Assembly (NCBI GenBank): GCA_964016885.1 | Contig: CAXHJY010001352.1 | Span: 1 to 64,000 of the forward strand | Direction of reading: 5' to 3' | From: Eledone cirrhosa | Taxonomy: Eukaryota | DNA: 64,000 bases | Part shown: one piece after another, positions 39,497-54,354 of the stretch | Position numbering within the stretch: position 1 is the first letter of the stretch | How the letters are laid out: each line of letters begins with the position of its first letter | Program-made: the position numbers and the translations under genes | Notes under the pieces: generated by a model | Database searches by the model: none | What the model saw: the letters and a program-made list of their open reading frames with translations, nothing else | Told to the model about the DNA's origin: nothing

Positions 39497-39678
39497 GATT
39501 GGCAGTGCCGGTAGAGCGTTGGACGCCATGCTTTGTAGCATAGAGTTTCCTCCCTTTATGATCTGAGTTCAAATCCCGCCGAGGTTAACTTTGCGTTTCA
39601 TCCTTACGAGGTCGATAAAATAAAGTACCAGTAATGCACTAGGATGATTGCTGGCCTTGTGCCAAAAGTAGAAACAAT
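39497..39678 (+). mobile_element. SINE family 2 with target-site duplication
   Basis: TSD ttattttcgttg on both sides; empty paralogous site at ~46383; counterpart at ~50551-50706. Confidence 0.8.
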
Positions 39679-39836
39679 TATTTTCGTTGCTTGATTCGTT
39701 GTTTTTTTTTCCAATACTTAAATATTTTATTACCTTTAATAATGTGTTTTGGTTTAATATGAACAGTTATATAAAATTAATAACGTTATTTATTCAAATC
39801 TGAATAAAGTACTAGCATATCTATTGAACGTATGAA

Positions 39837-40618
39837 TCTAAACTATAATAAAAGGATGAGTACGGGACTTGTACGGTTTATAATTGTTTATCCCATTAGT
39901 AAAATAAGTTGGATTACTTTGAATAAATAATTAATGAATATTACATAATTTATCTACTAAATTTCGTGGCCGTTGATTAAATATATTTTGTTTATTTAAA
40001 GATTCACTTCTTTAAAATTTCTGAAATGCCAACACTTCCGGTTGGCCATCACTTCAATAAACTATTAATTTTCTGTCACTAATTTTCTCCTAATGCAGTT
40101 TATATATAATATCGTCTTTTTTAATGTATCATGGATTACGTTACTGATTACATAAGACAGTGTAACACAGTCTTTGTTCAATTTCTGTGTATTATATATT
40201 GTCAAGGCGGTGGATTGGTAGAGGGTCGGACGCCATACTTTGACGCATAGAGTTACGGCCCTTGCCATTCTGAGTTCAAATCCCGCCGATGTTAACTTTG
40301 CCTTTCATCCTTACGGGGTCGATAAAATAAAGTACCAGTAATACACTGGTATTTGCTGGCCTTGTGCCTAACGTAGAAACAATTATATATTGTAAATTAC
40401 GATTTTATTTGCTGTATCATATCTACATGTATATATATATACTTGCGTATAATATCAATATACACACTACACATGCTATCAGAAAACCACCCGAAGGTAG
40501 CATGTGTAGTGTGTATATTGATATTATACGCAGGTATATATATACATGTATCATATATACCTGCGTATAATATCAATATACACACTACACATGCAACCTT
40601 CGGGTGGTTTTCTGGTAG
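39837..40618 (+). mobile_element. Non-autonomous Helitron-like element containing a SINE
   Basis: A|TCTAAACTATAATAAAAG start; end accttcgggtgg hairpin plus ttttctgGTAG|T (CTAG in the 50868 copy). Confidence 0.65.
40206..40382 (+). mobile_element. SINE family 2 nested in the Helitron-like element
   Basis: TSD attatatattgt(c/a)aa; empty site at ~54252; B-box gagttcaaatccc. Confidence 0.8.
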
Positions 40619-41583
40619 TTCATATAACGGAAGTTGTTTCTGAATGTATTAAATTGTGTGGGGGACTTTTAAGTCATGACACCGGTGTCAACTAGACGGT
40701 GAAATATTACCATTTATATCAGCTCCATTGTTACAACTTAAACCTCATCTAATTTTATCTTTTATGGTGATTATTTCATATTAAGGTGGACGTTAATGTT
40801 TGTAAATAACATAAGGTGACTTATTTACCTTATAGTTGTTGTTTTATCTCCTGTATTATTAAATATTGAAGTGGTTGTTCAACATTTTACAGGACAGGAA
40901 AATATTATTTTAATCAGAAATCAGTGATAATTTAGTTTTTACTAACTTTTCTTGACTTTATATTTGGTCTTGACAACTAAAGTACGTATTATTTCGTTTT
41001 CCACCACAACACAAACATCGTGAACTTTTCCATCTGAAGTGAAATATCTTGATTTATTACAACACCTACACACATATTTCTACACACACACACACACGTC
41101 TATTTCTCTCTCTCATACCTACACACTGTATGTCTGTATATATATATGTATATATATTAACCTTCATCTTTTGAAATTATGGATATTAATTCTCTTCTGA
41201 CCTGAACTGTCCCCAATAACAAGAACCTTAACTATAGAAGTCTTATTCGTCAGTTTTATGAGCTGAGGATTTTATTGTGAATAGAGCTCTCACCTTAACA
41301 AAAATAATAGGCGAATAATCCACAAGAATCATATATATATATATATATACATAAAAGCACTTGCCTTTTCTTCATCCAAGATCAGTCTTATACTGTCACA
41401 TGTCTTATTACTTGTACCAACTAAATGTTACATTACAACTTTGTAGAAGAAAGCGGACTTCTGCAGTCTTTTATGGACACTCTGTATATTAGAATAGATG
41501 GCATCTATTAACGATATCTACATTTCTTAATGTATCAGTAAAAGTAGTGAGAATCCTTTATGTAAAGATCCCTAGCTAGAAAT

Positions 41584-42346
<763 letters not shown>

Positions 42347-42444
42347 ACCCCATCACTGTGAAATGTGAAACACACAACTATACAGACACACTCTGGAAGG
42401 AAGAATATACAATGTGAAGCTTGAAAAATCCTTATCTTATACTT

Positions 42445-42937
42445 ATCATCATCACCGTTTTACCTCCATTCTTCCATGCTAGCATAATGTAGATGGGTTG
42501 TCCTGTTGTGGGCAATGCCAGGTCGGGTGACCCTGTCTTGCTCATATGGGAACTGATTTTGATTTGATTTCTACAGCTTGATGTCCTTCCTAACACAAAA
42601 CCTCATTTACTGTGAGGGCTAGGTGCTTTTTTTACTATGGTGCCTACACAGCCACTTTACAATGTGGGCTGGGTGATATTTTGTCAACCACTTTGCAGTG
42701 GGTGGGGATGGGTACATATTTGTCTATATGCTTCAGCTTCGGCTTGTAGTCGGGTCTTCTGTATTACTTCATGATGCCAGAGGGCACCGTCCTGCGTCAT
42801 CGCCTTTGAGAGGTGCAATTGGGCAAGGTTAGCTTTTATCACCTCATCCCGGGTCTTCTTTGATCTCCCCACTCCATGGCTTCCAGCGTCTTTTAGTGCT
42901 CTGCACCTTTTAATGCAGCTGTCATCCTTCATACACA
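42445..42937 (-). mobile_element. RTE-A 3' end fragment
   Basis: MKDDSCIKRCRAL... plus matching 3' UTR and (CAT)n; absent from duplication unit B. Confidence 0.85.
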
Positions 42938-42959
42938 TCTATATATATATATACTCTAT

Positions 42960-43190
42960 CAAATGGAAGAAGTATACTGCCATATATTGAAGATTACTAC
43001 AATAACTAGGGAGCGAAGGACAAGATATGCCAGACATTCCTACCGATGAATGGATGACCTGATGATCTGGCTCCTGTGGTGGATACCTAAACATAGTAAG
43101 ACCCTAGTGAGATGACTGAAAATGACCTACATGGATCAGATGTTTAGGGATGTTCAGGTAGGGATTAATGATCTCAAGAATGCCACGAAT
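42960..43190 (+). mobile_element. Old RTE-like LINE 3' fragment (paralogue at ~53415-53690)
   Basis: RERRTRYAGH-like motif; present in both duplication units. Confidence 0.55.
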
Positions 43191-44429
43191 TAATAATATA
43201 TATTAATGAACATTTATTATGGTGAAATATGTTGGAAATTATTCTCAGGTTTTGTATTGTAATCCACAAATACACTCTGTAGAAAGTTCTACTTCATATT
43301 TGTCATTAAGGTTTCTTATAGAGACACAATCTTATTTTATTGGTGATGGTGGTGGATTGACAGAATCAGTAGAGTGTCAGACGATATGCTTTGTGTCATA
43401 TAGTTACATCCCTTTACGTTCTGTATTAAAAACCTGCTGAGGTTAGCTTTACTCTTCTTCCTCAGGTTCAGTAAAATAAAGTACCAGTAATGCACTGGGG
43501 TTGAGTTAAAAGTAGAAACATTTATTTAAAGTCTATAAAACAATGGATGGAATGCTTTCTGCCATATTTGTTCTGGTTCTCTGCTCTGAGTTTAAATCCT
43601 GCTGAGGTCAACTTTGCCTTTCATCCATTCAAGGTTGATAACAAAAAAGTACCACTCTACCACTGGGGTCTGTTCTTCCTCCCTATATTTCTTTCTCACT
43701 TCCTCTCTCTCATTCTCTGGAAGAAATCACCTGTTCCAACCTGGTGAGTGAAGGGCTCCACCAAGCTTCAAATGTCCACAGTGACACCCCTATGACTCCA
43801 TCAGTGCAAGAAAAACAAAACAAGATTGATGTGTTTATATGTGTTATTTTACAAACACTAACTGGTTTATATTTATATTTATGACAAAATATCCACATTT
43901 ATGTGTAAATATAAACAATTTTATAACTTTAATATTTGTTGATGGTACTTTCATGACAGTTGAAATTATGACTTTTTTTTAGAAATAATTCACATTTGAA
44001 AATACTTTACAACTTTCTTCTCTTGCCAAACAAAGGTTTGGCAGGACCCTTCAGTTGTGTCAAAGGCATGACAACCTCTTTAGTACTGGTGCCACAATAA
44101 AATACACTCAGTAGAATGTGGGACCATATGTAAGAGAGATGTGGTCTCCCACTGCAACCTGGTTTGTAAAGACCTGTCCCACCCTTGCTAGCAGGGAAAG
44201 TAGACATTAAATGATGATCTATGATGTCATTGGTGCCAAGCTGTTTCAGCTATTCCCTTGGACAACATTATATATAATGTGTATGTAGTATATATATATA
44301 GTGTATATATTGTCTATATGTAGCATATACTCTATATATGCAGTATTTATATATAGTGTATATATTGTGTATATGTAGCACATACACTCTATACATAGTA
44401 TTTATATATATAGTGTATATTTTGTGTAT

Positions 44430-45010
44430 CATCATTACATCTGATATCCATGCTTGCATGGGTTGTACAGGTCCTTCTTAGCACGACATCTCTCCACTAG
44501 ATGCGTTCCAGTCTTCACGATTTGAGTTAAGCTCTCACAACATTTGGCCCTGATTTTCTTGGTCGTCCTCTACTGCAGCTTCCTTCCACTAGGATTTCCT
44601 CAGCTAGTCCAAGCTCTGTATTACTCTCACATATACCTTGCAGATCCAACAAAACATGGCTGCTTCATTTTTCTCCAGCATAATAGTATCATCTGCAGTC
44701 ACAGCCCATGTTTCTCTACCATGCAGTATTATACACTTCACACAGGCTTTATATACCCTTCCTTTTGTGTGTAGGGAGAAACCTTATGTTATCAGCAGTA
44801 GTAGTTCACTAAACTTCCATCCTATCCTTATTCAAGCCATCATACTCTTGGCACACCCTCCTCTGCTGCTGATTAGGTCACCTAGATAGCAGAAGCTATC
44901 AACCACATCTGTAGATCCTTCCTGTGACTGGAAACGGTTTATAACAGTAGCACTCTTCCTCTCAATTTCTGCTGTGCCTCGTCTACATGCAAAGTTCTCC
45001 CTTCCTGTTA
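44430..45010 (-). mobile_element. Decayed RTE LINE 3' fragment
   Basis: VVDSFCYLGDLISSRGGC and HGRETW-like motifs. Confidence 0.75.
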
Positions 45011-45431
45011 GAATACTCATTACATCTTTTGCGTACTATATATACTGTATATATACATATGTGTGTATATATATGTATATGTGTAGCGAAATCTATCTAC
45101 ACGTTGATACCTGGGTCAGATTTAACGGTCAATTTCTGGGTTATTTCGTTTTGGCCATCAACAGGTCTGAGATTGGGCGACCTCAAAAGGTCAGCCCTTT
45201 GTTCTCAAGCCTTGGAGACAGAGGACGTGACATAGATAAATAGCCTGCCTTAGATCAGGTCAAGCAGTTTTGAGCATTTCTTGATAGAGTAAACATGTAA
45301 ACTATTGCTTTCCACGGACCCCTTTGGTCTCAGTGACTCTTACTCTCTCTCTTTCACCCAATCTCTCTCAACCCAGCCACTGAAGTTCAGGAAGTTTTCT
45401 TGATAAATATATATATATATATATATGTAAA

Positions 45432-45845
45432 GACCTTCCTGCCCTACGTACAAAGCTAACCTACACTCAGTAGGCACCTCTTAACCAAATATACACCCCA
45501 ACCCACTACCCCTACTCCATTCTCCCACCAACACCACCCTTTCTCTGTAAAGCTATGTTGGTACCAGAACATCCCACCCAAACTAAAGTGGTCATGCAGG
45601 TGTCATGACTAAATAACACCCAGTCCACACTGTAAAGTGGTCGTGTAGGATACACGGTAAAAAGGTTCCCAGTCTATACTGTAAATGTGGTTAGTGTTAG
45701 AAAGGGCATCCAGCCCTAGAAAACCTACCAGATACAGTCCTATACAAGAGAGACAGGGTCACCCAATCAATCTTGCCACAAGTGGGACAATTCCCGTTTA
45801 ACCCTTCCTAGCGTGGAAGATAGACGTTGAACGATGATGATGATG
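45432..45845 (+). mobile_element. RTE-B 3' UTR fragment
   Basis: Homologous to 49400-49778; (GAT)n tail. Confidence 0.8.
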
Positions 45846-46589
45846 ATATATATATATATATATATATATAGATATAGATATGCATATGTACTCACACACA
45901 TATTTATAAATGTGTATACAAACGCATATATATAAATAGGGAAGTCATACATCCTATTATGTGTTCAATTCTCAGCTAGGGAGGTACTTTGTGTCCTTAA
46001 GCAAGACACATCATTCCACATGTCTCTAATCTCCACAGCTGAAAAAGACAAGTAGCAGAATTAGTTGGAGGTTTAGCATGGGTTGGATCATTCTCTGCCT
46101 CCAACATTTTTCCTGCAGCCACAAACCCAGGCTTTACTACCTGCAATAGAGAGAAGAGGAAGATAGTTAAATACCAGGGCCTGACAAACCACTTCCTCTT
46201 TGTCCCCACACTGCTGATTTCCTTCTCAAAATTAGAAAGACAGCAGCCCACTTGAGGAAGTAGTCCCATGAGGTGGGGTGGGTGTCTCTGGCTATTCTCT
46301 GTGGTAACACCTTTGCCATTTTGTCTGTAGGGTGGGGCTGAATCACAGCTCAGACTGAAATATAAAGTCTGTCCCTCTCCCATTATTTTCATTGCTTGAT
46401 TCGTTTTTTTTTCCATTACTTAAATATTTTATTACCTTTACTAATGTGTTTTGTTTTAATATGAGCAGTTATATAAAATAAATGTTATTTATACAAATCG
46501 GAAAAAAGACGACCAATCTTGCCATCTAAACCCATGCTAGCGTGGAAGATAAACGTTAAACGATGATGATGATGATATATATATATATA

Positions 46590-49500
46590 TTCAAGAGAGT
46601 AGGTGGAGGGGGTGTGGGTATAAACGATGCTATAAACTTTTCTGGGTGGAAAATGACAATGGGCTGGGTGGAGTAGGAATTGTTTTAGCAGAGAAATGGG
46701 TAGATAAGGTAATTGCCATAAATAGAGTGAACAACAGAATAATTAAAATAAGACTAGTTCTAAATATAACAACTGTGACAATGATATCCACTTATGCACC
46801 CCAATCTGGTCTACTTGACGTTATAAAAGACAGGTTCTATGATTTGCTAATGCTCACTTCCACCCAAATAACAGACAGTGACTACATAATTATTGCTGGT
46901 GACCTAAATGGTCACATTGGACAACATAGTGATGGCTATGATGGAATCCATGGAGGCTATGGGTTTGGTACTAGAAATGAGGAAGGTTCAGAATCCTGGA
47001 ATTCTGTGATGCTAATAACCTAACTATCTGTAACACAAACTTAAAAAAACGAGACAATGACTTGGTCACCTGTAGATCAGGGGAACATGCCAGCCAGATA
47101 GATTATAACCTTACTAGGTGTGACAGTGTCTGTTGTAAACACTAAGTCCCTCCCCTGTGAAGAATTCACCTCCCAACATAGCCTAGTAGTTAGTGACCTC
47201 ACAGTCAGGACTAGACGTTCTCGACGACAGAGGAGGACTACCTTGAGGAGAAGATGGAAGTTGAAGGACCCCACAGCCAGTGACAAATTTAAAAGCATAT
47301 TAGTTAATGCTTTTGACAGTAAAGAGGTGCAATTAGAGACATACAATATAGAGGAACAGTGGCAATTCTTGAAAGTTAACATACTGAAGGTGACAGATGA
47401 AATCTGTTGCTGGAGCAGACCTAAAGGCAGGAGGAGAGTAACTTGGAGGTGGAGGAGACAATCAGGCTTAGAAAGTATTGTGGGATGGGGAAAGTAGAGA
47501 ATACTATTAGGTGGCTAGGAGACAATTGTACTTTGCAAGAAGGGAAGCAGAGAATAGAAAGTTCAAGCATGTTCTACAACGTAAGGTGTTCAAGATTGCA
47601 AAACAAAGTGTCAAGGAAAACCGTGATATTGTCAGGGAGAAGTGTGTCTGTAATGATGATGGTGTACTTGCCCTCACTGATACTGATAAGAAGGTAGCTT
47701 GGAAGTGTCACTACGAGGGACTACTAAAAGAGGAGAATAAATGAGAAAAAAGATAGTCTACCCCAAATCGATCCAATAGAGGGACCAGCAGTGCAAGTTA
47801 ATGGTAGTATAATAAGTAAGGCAATCAAAGATATGAAGACGGGCAAGGCAGCTGGGCCTTTGGAGATAGTTGCCGAGATGTTGAAAGCATCTGGAATGGT
47901 GGGACATACTATGGACACCCAGATAGTAAACCAAGTAATACAGAATGGGGTCATACCAGATGACTGGCATAGAAGTATCATCGTTAACTGCTACAAGGGT
48001 AAAGGGGATGCTCTAGATAGGGGAAACTATAGAGGCATTAAGGTAGTTGACCAGGTCACAGAAAGAGTTATAACACAACTAATCAGAGACCAAATAGATC
48101 TAGATGAAATGTAGTTTGGGTTCGTGCCAGGTAAAAGTACCACAGATGCTATTTTCCTTGTTCAGCAACTACAGAAGTACCTAGCTAAAAGTAAACCCCT
48201 TATATTTAGCTTTTGTTGACTTGGAGAAAGCCTTTGACAGAGTCCCCCGCTCCATTATCTGGTGGGCCCTTAGAAATGTAAGAGTAGATGAATGGCTTGT
48301 GAGAGCTAGACAAGCCATGTATAAAGAAACAGTCAGTAAGGTTAGAATTAACAATGAACATAGTGAAGAATTTAGTGTAAAAGTAGGTGTTCAGCAAGGC
48401 CCCATCCTTAGCTTCCTCCTGTTTATTATTGCCCTTCAAGCTATAACAGAGGGGTTTAAGACCAGCTGCCCACGGGAACTTCTATATTCAGATGATCTAA
48501 CTCTCCTAGCCAAATCTATGGCTGAACTACACAAGAAATTCCCAAAATGGAGGCATAGCCTTGAATTAAAAGGCCTTAAAGTTAACTTGTCTAAGACTAA
48601 AGGTCTAGTATGTAGAAAAGAAAATAGGGCACTGGTGCCATGCTCTGTGTGTAGGAAAGGAGTAGGTAGAAATTCCATTCTATGTCCCAAATGCAAAATA
48701 TGGGTACATAAAAGATGTAGTGAGATCACAGGTAAGCTATCTAAGAATGTAGATGTTATATGTGGCCGATGCTGATGTGAAATAAGCAGCAAGTACCCAC
48801 AGGAGACTAGCACCTTCTACTGCCCAGATGGTTCTATAGAAATAATGGACACTTTCTGTTGCCTGGATGATAAAATCAGCAGTGGTGGAGGGTGCTCTGA
48901 AAGTGTAGTAGCCAGAGTTAGAATGGGAGGGGAAAAGCTCAGAGAGCTAATACCGCTGCTAGACACAAAAAAGTTTCTCTAAAAATGAAAGTCAGATTGT
49001 ATGATGCCTGCATACGAACAGCAATGCTACATGGCAGTGAGACATGGGCATTGTGTACAGAGGACCTGCGCAGATTGGAAAGGAATGAGGCATGCATGCT
49101 CTGTTGGATGTGTAATTGTAAGATACATGAACGGCAAAATATAAACGAACTAAGTGAGAATTAGGAATAAGAGGGATCAGATGCTGTTTACTTGAGAGAA
49201 TATTACGTTGGTATGGTCATGTGATGCGCATGAAAGATGACAGCTTTATAAAAATGTGCAGGGTGATCAAAATTGATGGAAGTTATGGAGTAGGTAGACC
49301 CAGAAAAACCTGGGATGACATAAAATCCAACCTTGCACACTTACACCTCTCTTAGACAATGTCACTGGATTGAGATCTATGGCACCACACAGTAACAGAG
49401 AAGACCTGCCTTCCCTACGTGCAAAGTTAACCTACAGTCAGTAGGCCCCTCCTAACCAAATATACACCCCAACCCACAACCCTTAATCCATCCTCCCACT

Positions 49501-49778
49501 CCCACCAACACCACCCTGTCTCTGTAAAGTTATGTTGGTGCCACAACATCCAGTCCAAACTAAAGAGGTAGTATAGGGGTCATCACGAAAAGACTCCCAG
49601 TCCACACTGGAAATGTGGTTGGTGTTAGGAAGGGCATCCAACTGTAGAAAACCTGCCAGATACAGTCCTATACGAGCGAGACATGGTCACCCGATCAATC
49701 TTGCCTCAAGTAGGACAATTCCCGTCTAACCCATGCTAGCGTGGAAGACAGACGTTAAATGATAATGATGATGATGAT
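46590..49778 (+). mobile_element. Near-full-length decayed RTE LINE (subfamily B-like), pseudogenised
   Basis: Successive ORF fragments match EN, RT, PHD-like insert and C-terminus; many stops and frameshifts; (GAT)n tail. Confidence 0.92.
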
Positions 49779-50867
49779 ATATAGTGTATATAATAGTTGT
49801 AATGTCACTGGTGCTGATCTATATCAGCCTTTCCCTTGGACAACATGACATATAGTCTATATATATTGGACAATATTATATATAGTGTATATGTGGTGTA
49901 TATAGTAGTTGTGACAATATTCTATATACATATGTACACACACACTGACAAACATGTATATACATATAGAAGGGTTGGATGAGGAGTTCAAAGGCTGACC
50001 AAGTTACTCTCATGGAATGAGACAATGTATACACAAATATATACTATATATATGTATACAAACATATAAATTGTATAGTGAAATCATACAACATATGGTA
50101 ATATCATGTTTTCAATTGTCAGTTAGGGAGGTACATTGTGTCCTTAAGCAAGACACATCATTCCACATGTCTCTAATCTCCACAGCTGACAAAGACAAGT
50201 ATCAGCTTTAGTTGGAGGTTTAGCATGGGTTGGATCATTCTCTGCCTCCAACATTTTCCCTGCGGCCACAAACCCAGGCTTTACTACCTGTAATAGAGAG
50301 AAGAGGGAGATAGTTAAATACTGGGGCCTGACAAACCACTTCCTCTTTGTCCCCACACTGCTGATATCCTTCTCAAAATTAGAAAGACAGCAGCCCATTT
50401 GAGGAAGTAGTCCCATGAGGTGGGGTGGATGTTGCAGTGAGTGTCTCTGGCTATTCTCTGTGGTAACACCTTTGCCATTTTGTCTGTAGGGTGGGGCTGA
50501 AGCACAGCTCAGACTGAAATATAAAGTCTGTCCCTCGCTGTTATTTTTATTGGATTGGCAGTGTAGGCAGAGTTACCTCCCTTTATGATCTGAGTTCAAA
50601 TCCCGCGAGGATTAACTTTGCCTTTCATCCTTACGAGGTCGACAAAATCAAGTACCAGTAATACACTGGATTTAATTGCTGGCCTTGTGCCAACAGCAGA
50701 AACAATTATTTTCGTTGTTTGGTTCGTTTTTTATTTATTTTCCATTACTTAAATATTTTATTACCTTTAATAATGTGTTTTGGTTTAATATGAACAGTTA
50801 TATAACATTAATAACGTTATTTATTCAAATCTGAATAAAGTACTAGCATATCTATTGAACGTATGAA

Positions 50868-51639
50868 TCTAAACTATAATAAAAGGAGGAGCGTTGGACT
50901 GCGTACGGTTTATAATTTGTTATCCCATTAATAACATAAGTTGGATTACTTTGAATAAATAATGAATGAATATTACATAATTTATCTACTAAATTTCGAG
51001 GCTGTTGATTAAATATATTTTGTTTATTTAAAGATTCCCTTCTTTAAAATTTCTGAAATGTCAACACTTCCGGTTGGCCATCGCTTCAATAAACTATTAA
51101 TTTTCTGTCACTAATTTTCTCCTAATGCAGTTTATATATAATATCGTCTTTTTTAATGTATCATGGATTACGTTACTGATTACATAAGACAGTGTAACAC
51201 AGTCTTCGTTCAATTTCTGTGTATTATATATTGTCAAGGCGGTGGATTGGCAGTATTGGTAGAGGGTCGGACGCCATGCTTTGACGCATAGAGTTACGGC
51301 CCTTGCCATTCTGAGTTCAAATCCCGCCGATGTTAACTTTGCCTTTCATCCTTACGGGGTCGATAAAATAAAGTACTAGTAATACACAGGGTATTTGCTG
51401 GACTTGTGCCTAACGTAGAAACAATTATATATTGTAAATTACGATTTTATTTGATATATATACTTGCGTATAATATCAATATACACACTACACATGCTAG
51501 CAGAAAACCACCCGAAGGTAGCATGTGTAGTTTGTATATTGATATTATACGCAGGTATATATATTCATGTATCATGTATACCTGTGTATAATATCAATAT
51601 ACACACTACACATGCTACCTTCGGGTGGTTTTCTGCTAG
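50868..51639 (+). mobile_element. Non-autonomous Helitron-like element with canonical termini; SINE family 2 nested at ~51238-51425
   Basis: A|TC start; ctacc-TTCG-ggtgg hairpin 11 nt before CTAG|T. Confidence 0.75.
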
Positions 51640-52486
51640 TTCATATAACGGAGTTGTTTCTGAATGTATTAAATTATGTGGGGGACATTTAAGTCATGAC
51701 ACCGGTGTCAACTGGACGGTGAAATATTACCATTTATATCAGCTCCATTGTTACAACTTAAACCTCATCTAATTTTATCTTTTATGGTGATTATTTCATA
51801 TTAAGGTGGACGTTAATGTTTGTAAATAACATAAGGTGACTTATTTACCTTATAGTTGTTGTTTTATCACCTGTATTATTAAATATTGAAGTGGTTGTTC
51901 AACATTTTACAGGACAGGAAAATATTATTTTAATCAGAAATCAATGAACATTTAGTTTTTACTAACATTTCTTGACTTTATATTTGGTCTTGACAACTAA
52001 AGTATATATTATTTCCTTTTCCACCACAACACAAACATTGTGTACTTTTCTATCTGAAGTGAAATATCTTGATTTATTACAACACTTACACACATATTTC
52101 TACACACACACACGTCTATTTCTCTCGCTCATACCTACACTGTATGTCTGTATATATATATATGTATATATATTAACCTTCATCTTTTGAAATTATGGAT
52201 ATTAATTCTCTTGTCACCTGAACTGTCCTCAATAACAAGAACCTTAACTATAGAAGTCTTATTCGTCTGTTTTATGAGCTGAGGATGTTATTGTGAATAG
52301 AGCTTCTCTCACCTTAACAAAAATAAAAGATACACACACACACACGGACATATATATATATATATTAGCACTTGCTTCTACTTCTTCCAAGATCAGTCTT
52401 ACGCTTTCATACATCTTATTACTTTACCAACTGAATGCTACATTTCTTAATATATGAGTGGAAGTGGTGAGATTCCTTTATGAAAT

Positions 52487-53243
52487 ATGTCTGAATATAG
52501 CTGTGAGATTTGCAGGAAAACTTTCTCTTCAAAACTGAAACTATACTCACACGAGAAAATACACAGAGATAAACCCTTCCACTGTGTAATATGTGGGAAA
52601 TCTTTTACTAATAATTCTGCTCTTGTCATCGACATACAGAGTCACACTGGAGAAAAACCCTTCCACTGTGAAATATGTGGGAAGTCTTTTACTAATAATT
52701 CTGCTCTTGTCGTCCACATACAGAGTCACACTGGAGAAAAACCCTTCCACTGTGAAATATGTGAGAAATCTTTTTCTCAGAGTTCTCATCTTTTACAACA
52801 CAAAAGAACACACACTGGTGAAAAACCCTTCCATTGTGAAATATGTGGGAAATCTTTTTCTAGTAATTCTGATCTTGTACGTCACAAAAGAACACACACT
52901 GGTGAAAAATCCTTCCACCGTGAAATATGTGGGAAATCCTTTTATCGTAGTTCTCATCTTGTACAACACAAAAGAACACACACTGGTGAAAAACCCTTCC
53001 ATTGTGAAATATGTGGTAAATCTTTTTCTCAGAGTTCTCCTCTTGTACATCACAAAAGAACACACACTGGTGAAAAACGCTTACATTGTGAAATATGTGG
53101 GGACTCTTTTTCTCGTAGTTCTCAACTTGAACCTCACAAAAGAATACATACTGGTGAAAGACCTTATTCATGTAAAATATGAGGTAAATATTTCACTGAG
53201 AATTCATCACTGGTTGTTCACCTACGTAGTCAACACTTGCGGT
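52487..53243 (+). pseudogene. C2H2 zinc-finger paralogue, 9 fingers, degenerating
   Basis: Finger 2 H>D, finger 6 C>R, TGT>TGA stop in finger 9 (53180-53182). Confidence 0.75.
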
Positions 53244-53351
53244 AAACCCCATCCCTGTGAAATATGAAAAACACAAATATTCAGACACACTTTGGAAGGC
53301 AGAATATAAAATGTGAAGCTTGAGAAATCTTATACATCTCAACATATATGT

Positions 53352-53382
<31 letters not shown>

Positions 53383-53694
53383 TATTATTTTTAGTTTTTA
53401 ATACGTTACTCAAATAGAAGAAATATACTGACATATATCAAAGATTACCACAATAACTAGGGAGCGGAGGACAAGATATGCTGGACATTGCTACTGAGGG
53501 TAGGATGAGCTGGCTATTGTGGTGGATACCTAAATATTGTAAGACCCTAGTGGGATGACTGAGATTGACCTACATAGATCAGATGTCTCAGGATGTCCAG
53601 CTGGAGATTAATGATCTCAGGAATGCCATGGAAGATCGTGACATCTAAAAAAGAAGAGTAGAATTGTTCTGGCCAATCCACCTGACCTAATAAA

Positions 53695-54354
53695 TCTAAA
53701 CTATAATAAAGTAAGGAGCGCGGGACTGTGTGCAGTTTATAATTTTTTTATCCCATTAGTAAAATAAGTTGCATTACTTTGAATAAATAATTGTTTCTAC
53801 TTTAGGCACAAGGCCAGCAATTACCCAGTGCATTACTGGTACTTTATTTTATCGACCTCGTAAGGATGAAAGGCAAAGTCAACCTCGGCGGGATTTGAAC
53901 TCAGATCGTAAAGGGACGTAACTATGCTGGAAAGCATGGCGTCCGACCCTCTACCGATACTGCCAATCCACCTTACTTTGAATAAATAATGAATGAATAT
54001 TGCATAATTTATCTATTAAATTCCGTGGCTGTTGATTAAATATATTTTGTTTATTTAAAGATTCACTTCTTTAAAATTTCTGAAATGTCAACACTTCCGG
54101 TTAGCCATCGCTTAAATAAACATTCATATATTTCCGTCACTAATTTTCTCCTAATGCAGTTTATATATAATATCGTCTTTTTTAATGTATCATGGATTAC
54201 GTTACTGATTACATAAGACAGTGTAACACAGTCTTTGTTCAATTTCTGTGTATTATATATTGTCAATTATGATTTTATTTGATGTATCATATCTACATGT
54301 ATATATATACCTGTGTATAATATCAATATACACACTACACATCCTAGCAGAAAA
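53695..54354 (+). mobile_element. Third Helitron-like copy at an independent site, 3'-truncated
   Basis: A|TCTAAACTATAATAAAG start with different flanks; absent from unit A. Confidence 0.7.
53792..53972 (-). mobile_element. SINE family 2, full length, 18-bp TSD
   Basis: ttactttgaataaataat at 53774-53791 and 53973-53990; empty site at ~39914. Confidence 0.88.

Noticed and set aside
39177-39572. Recurrent minus-strand ORF (also 45997-46416 and 50144-50505)
   Set aside because: Frames and starts are not conserved between duplicates, it overlaps SINE-like sequence, and no domain is recognisable
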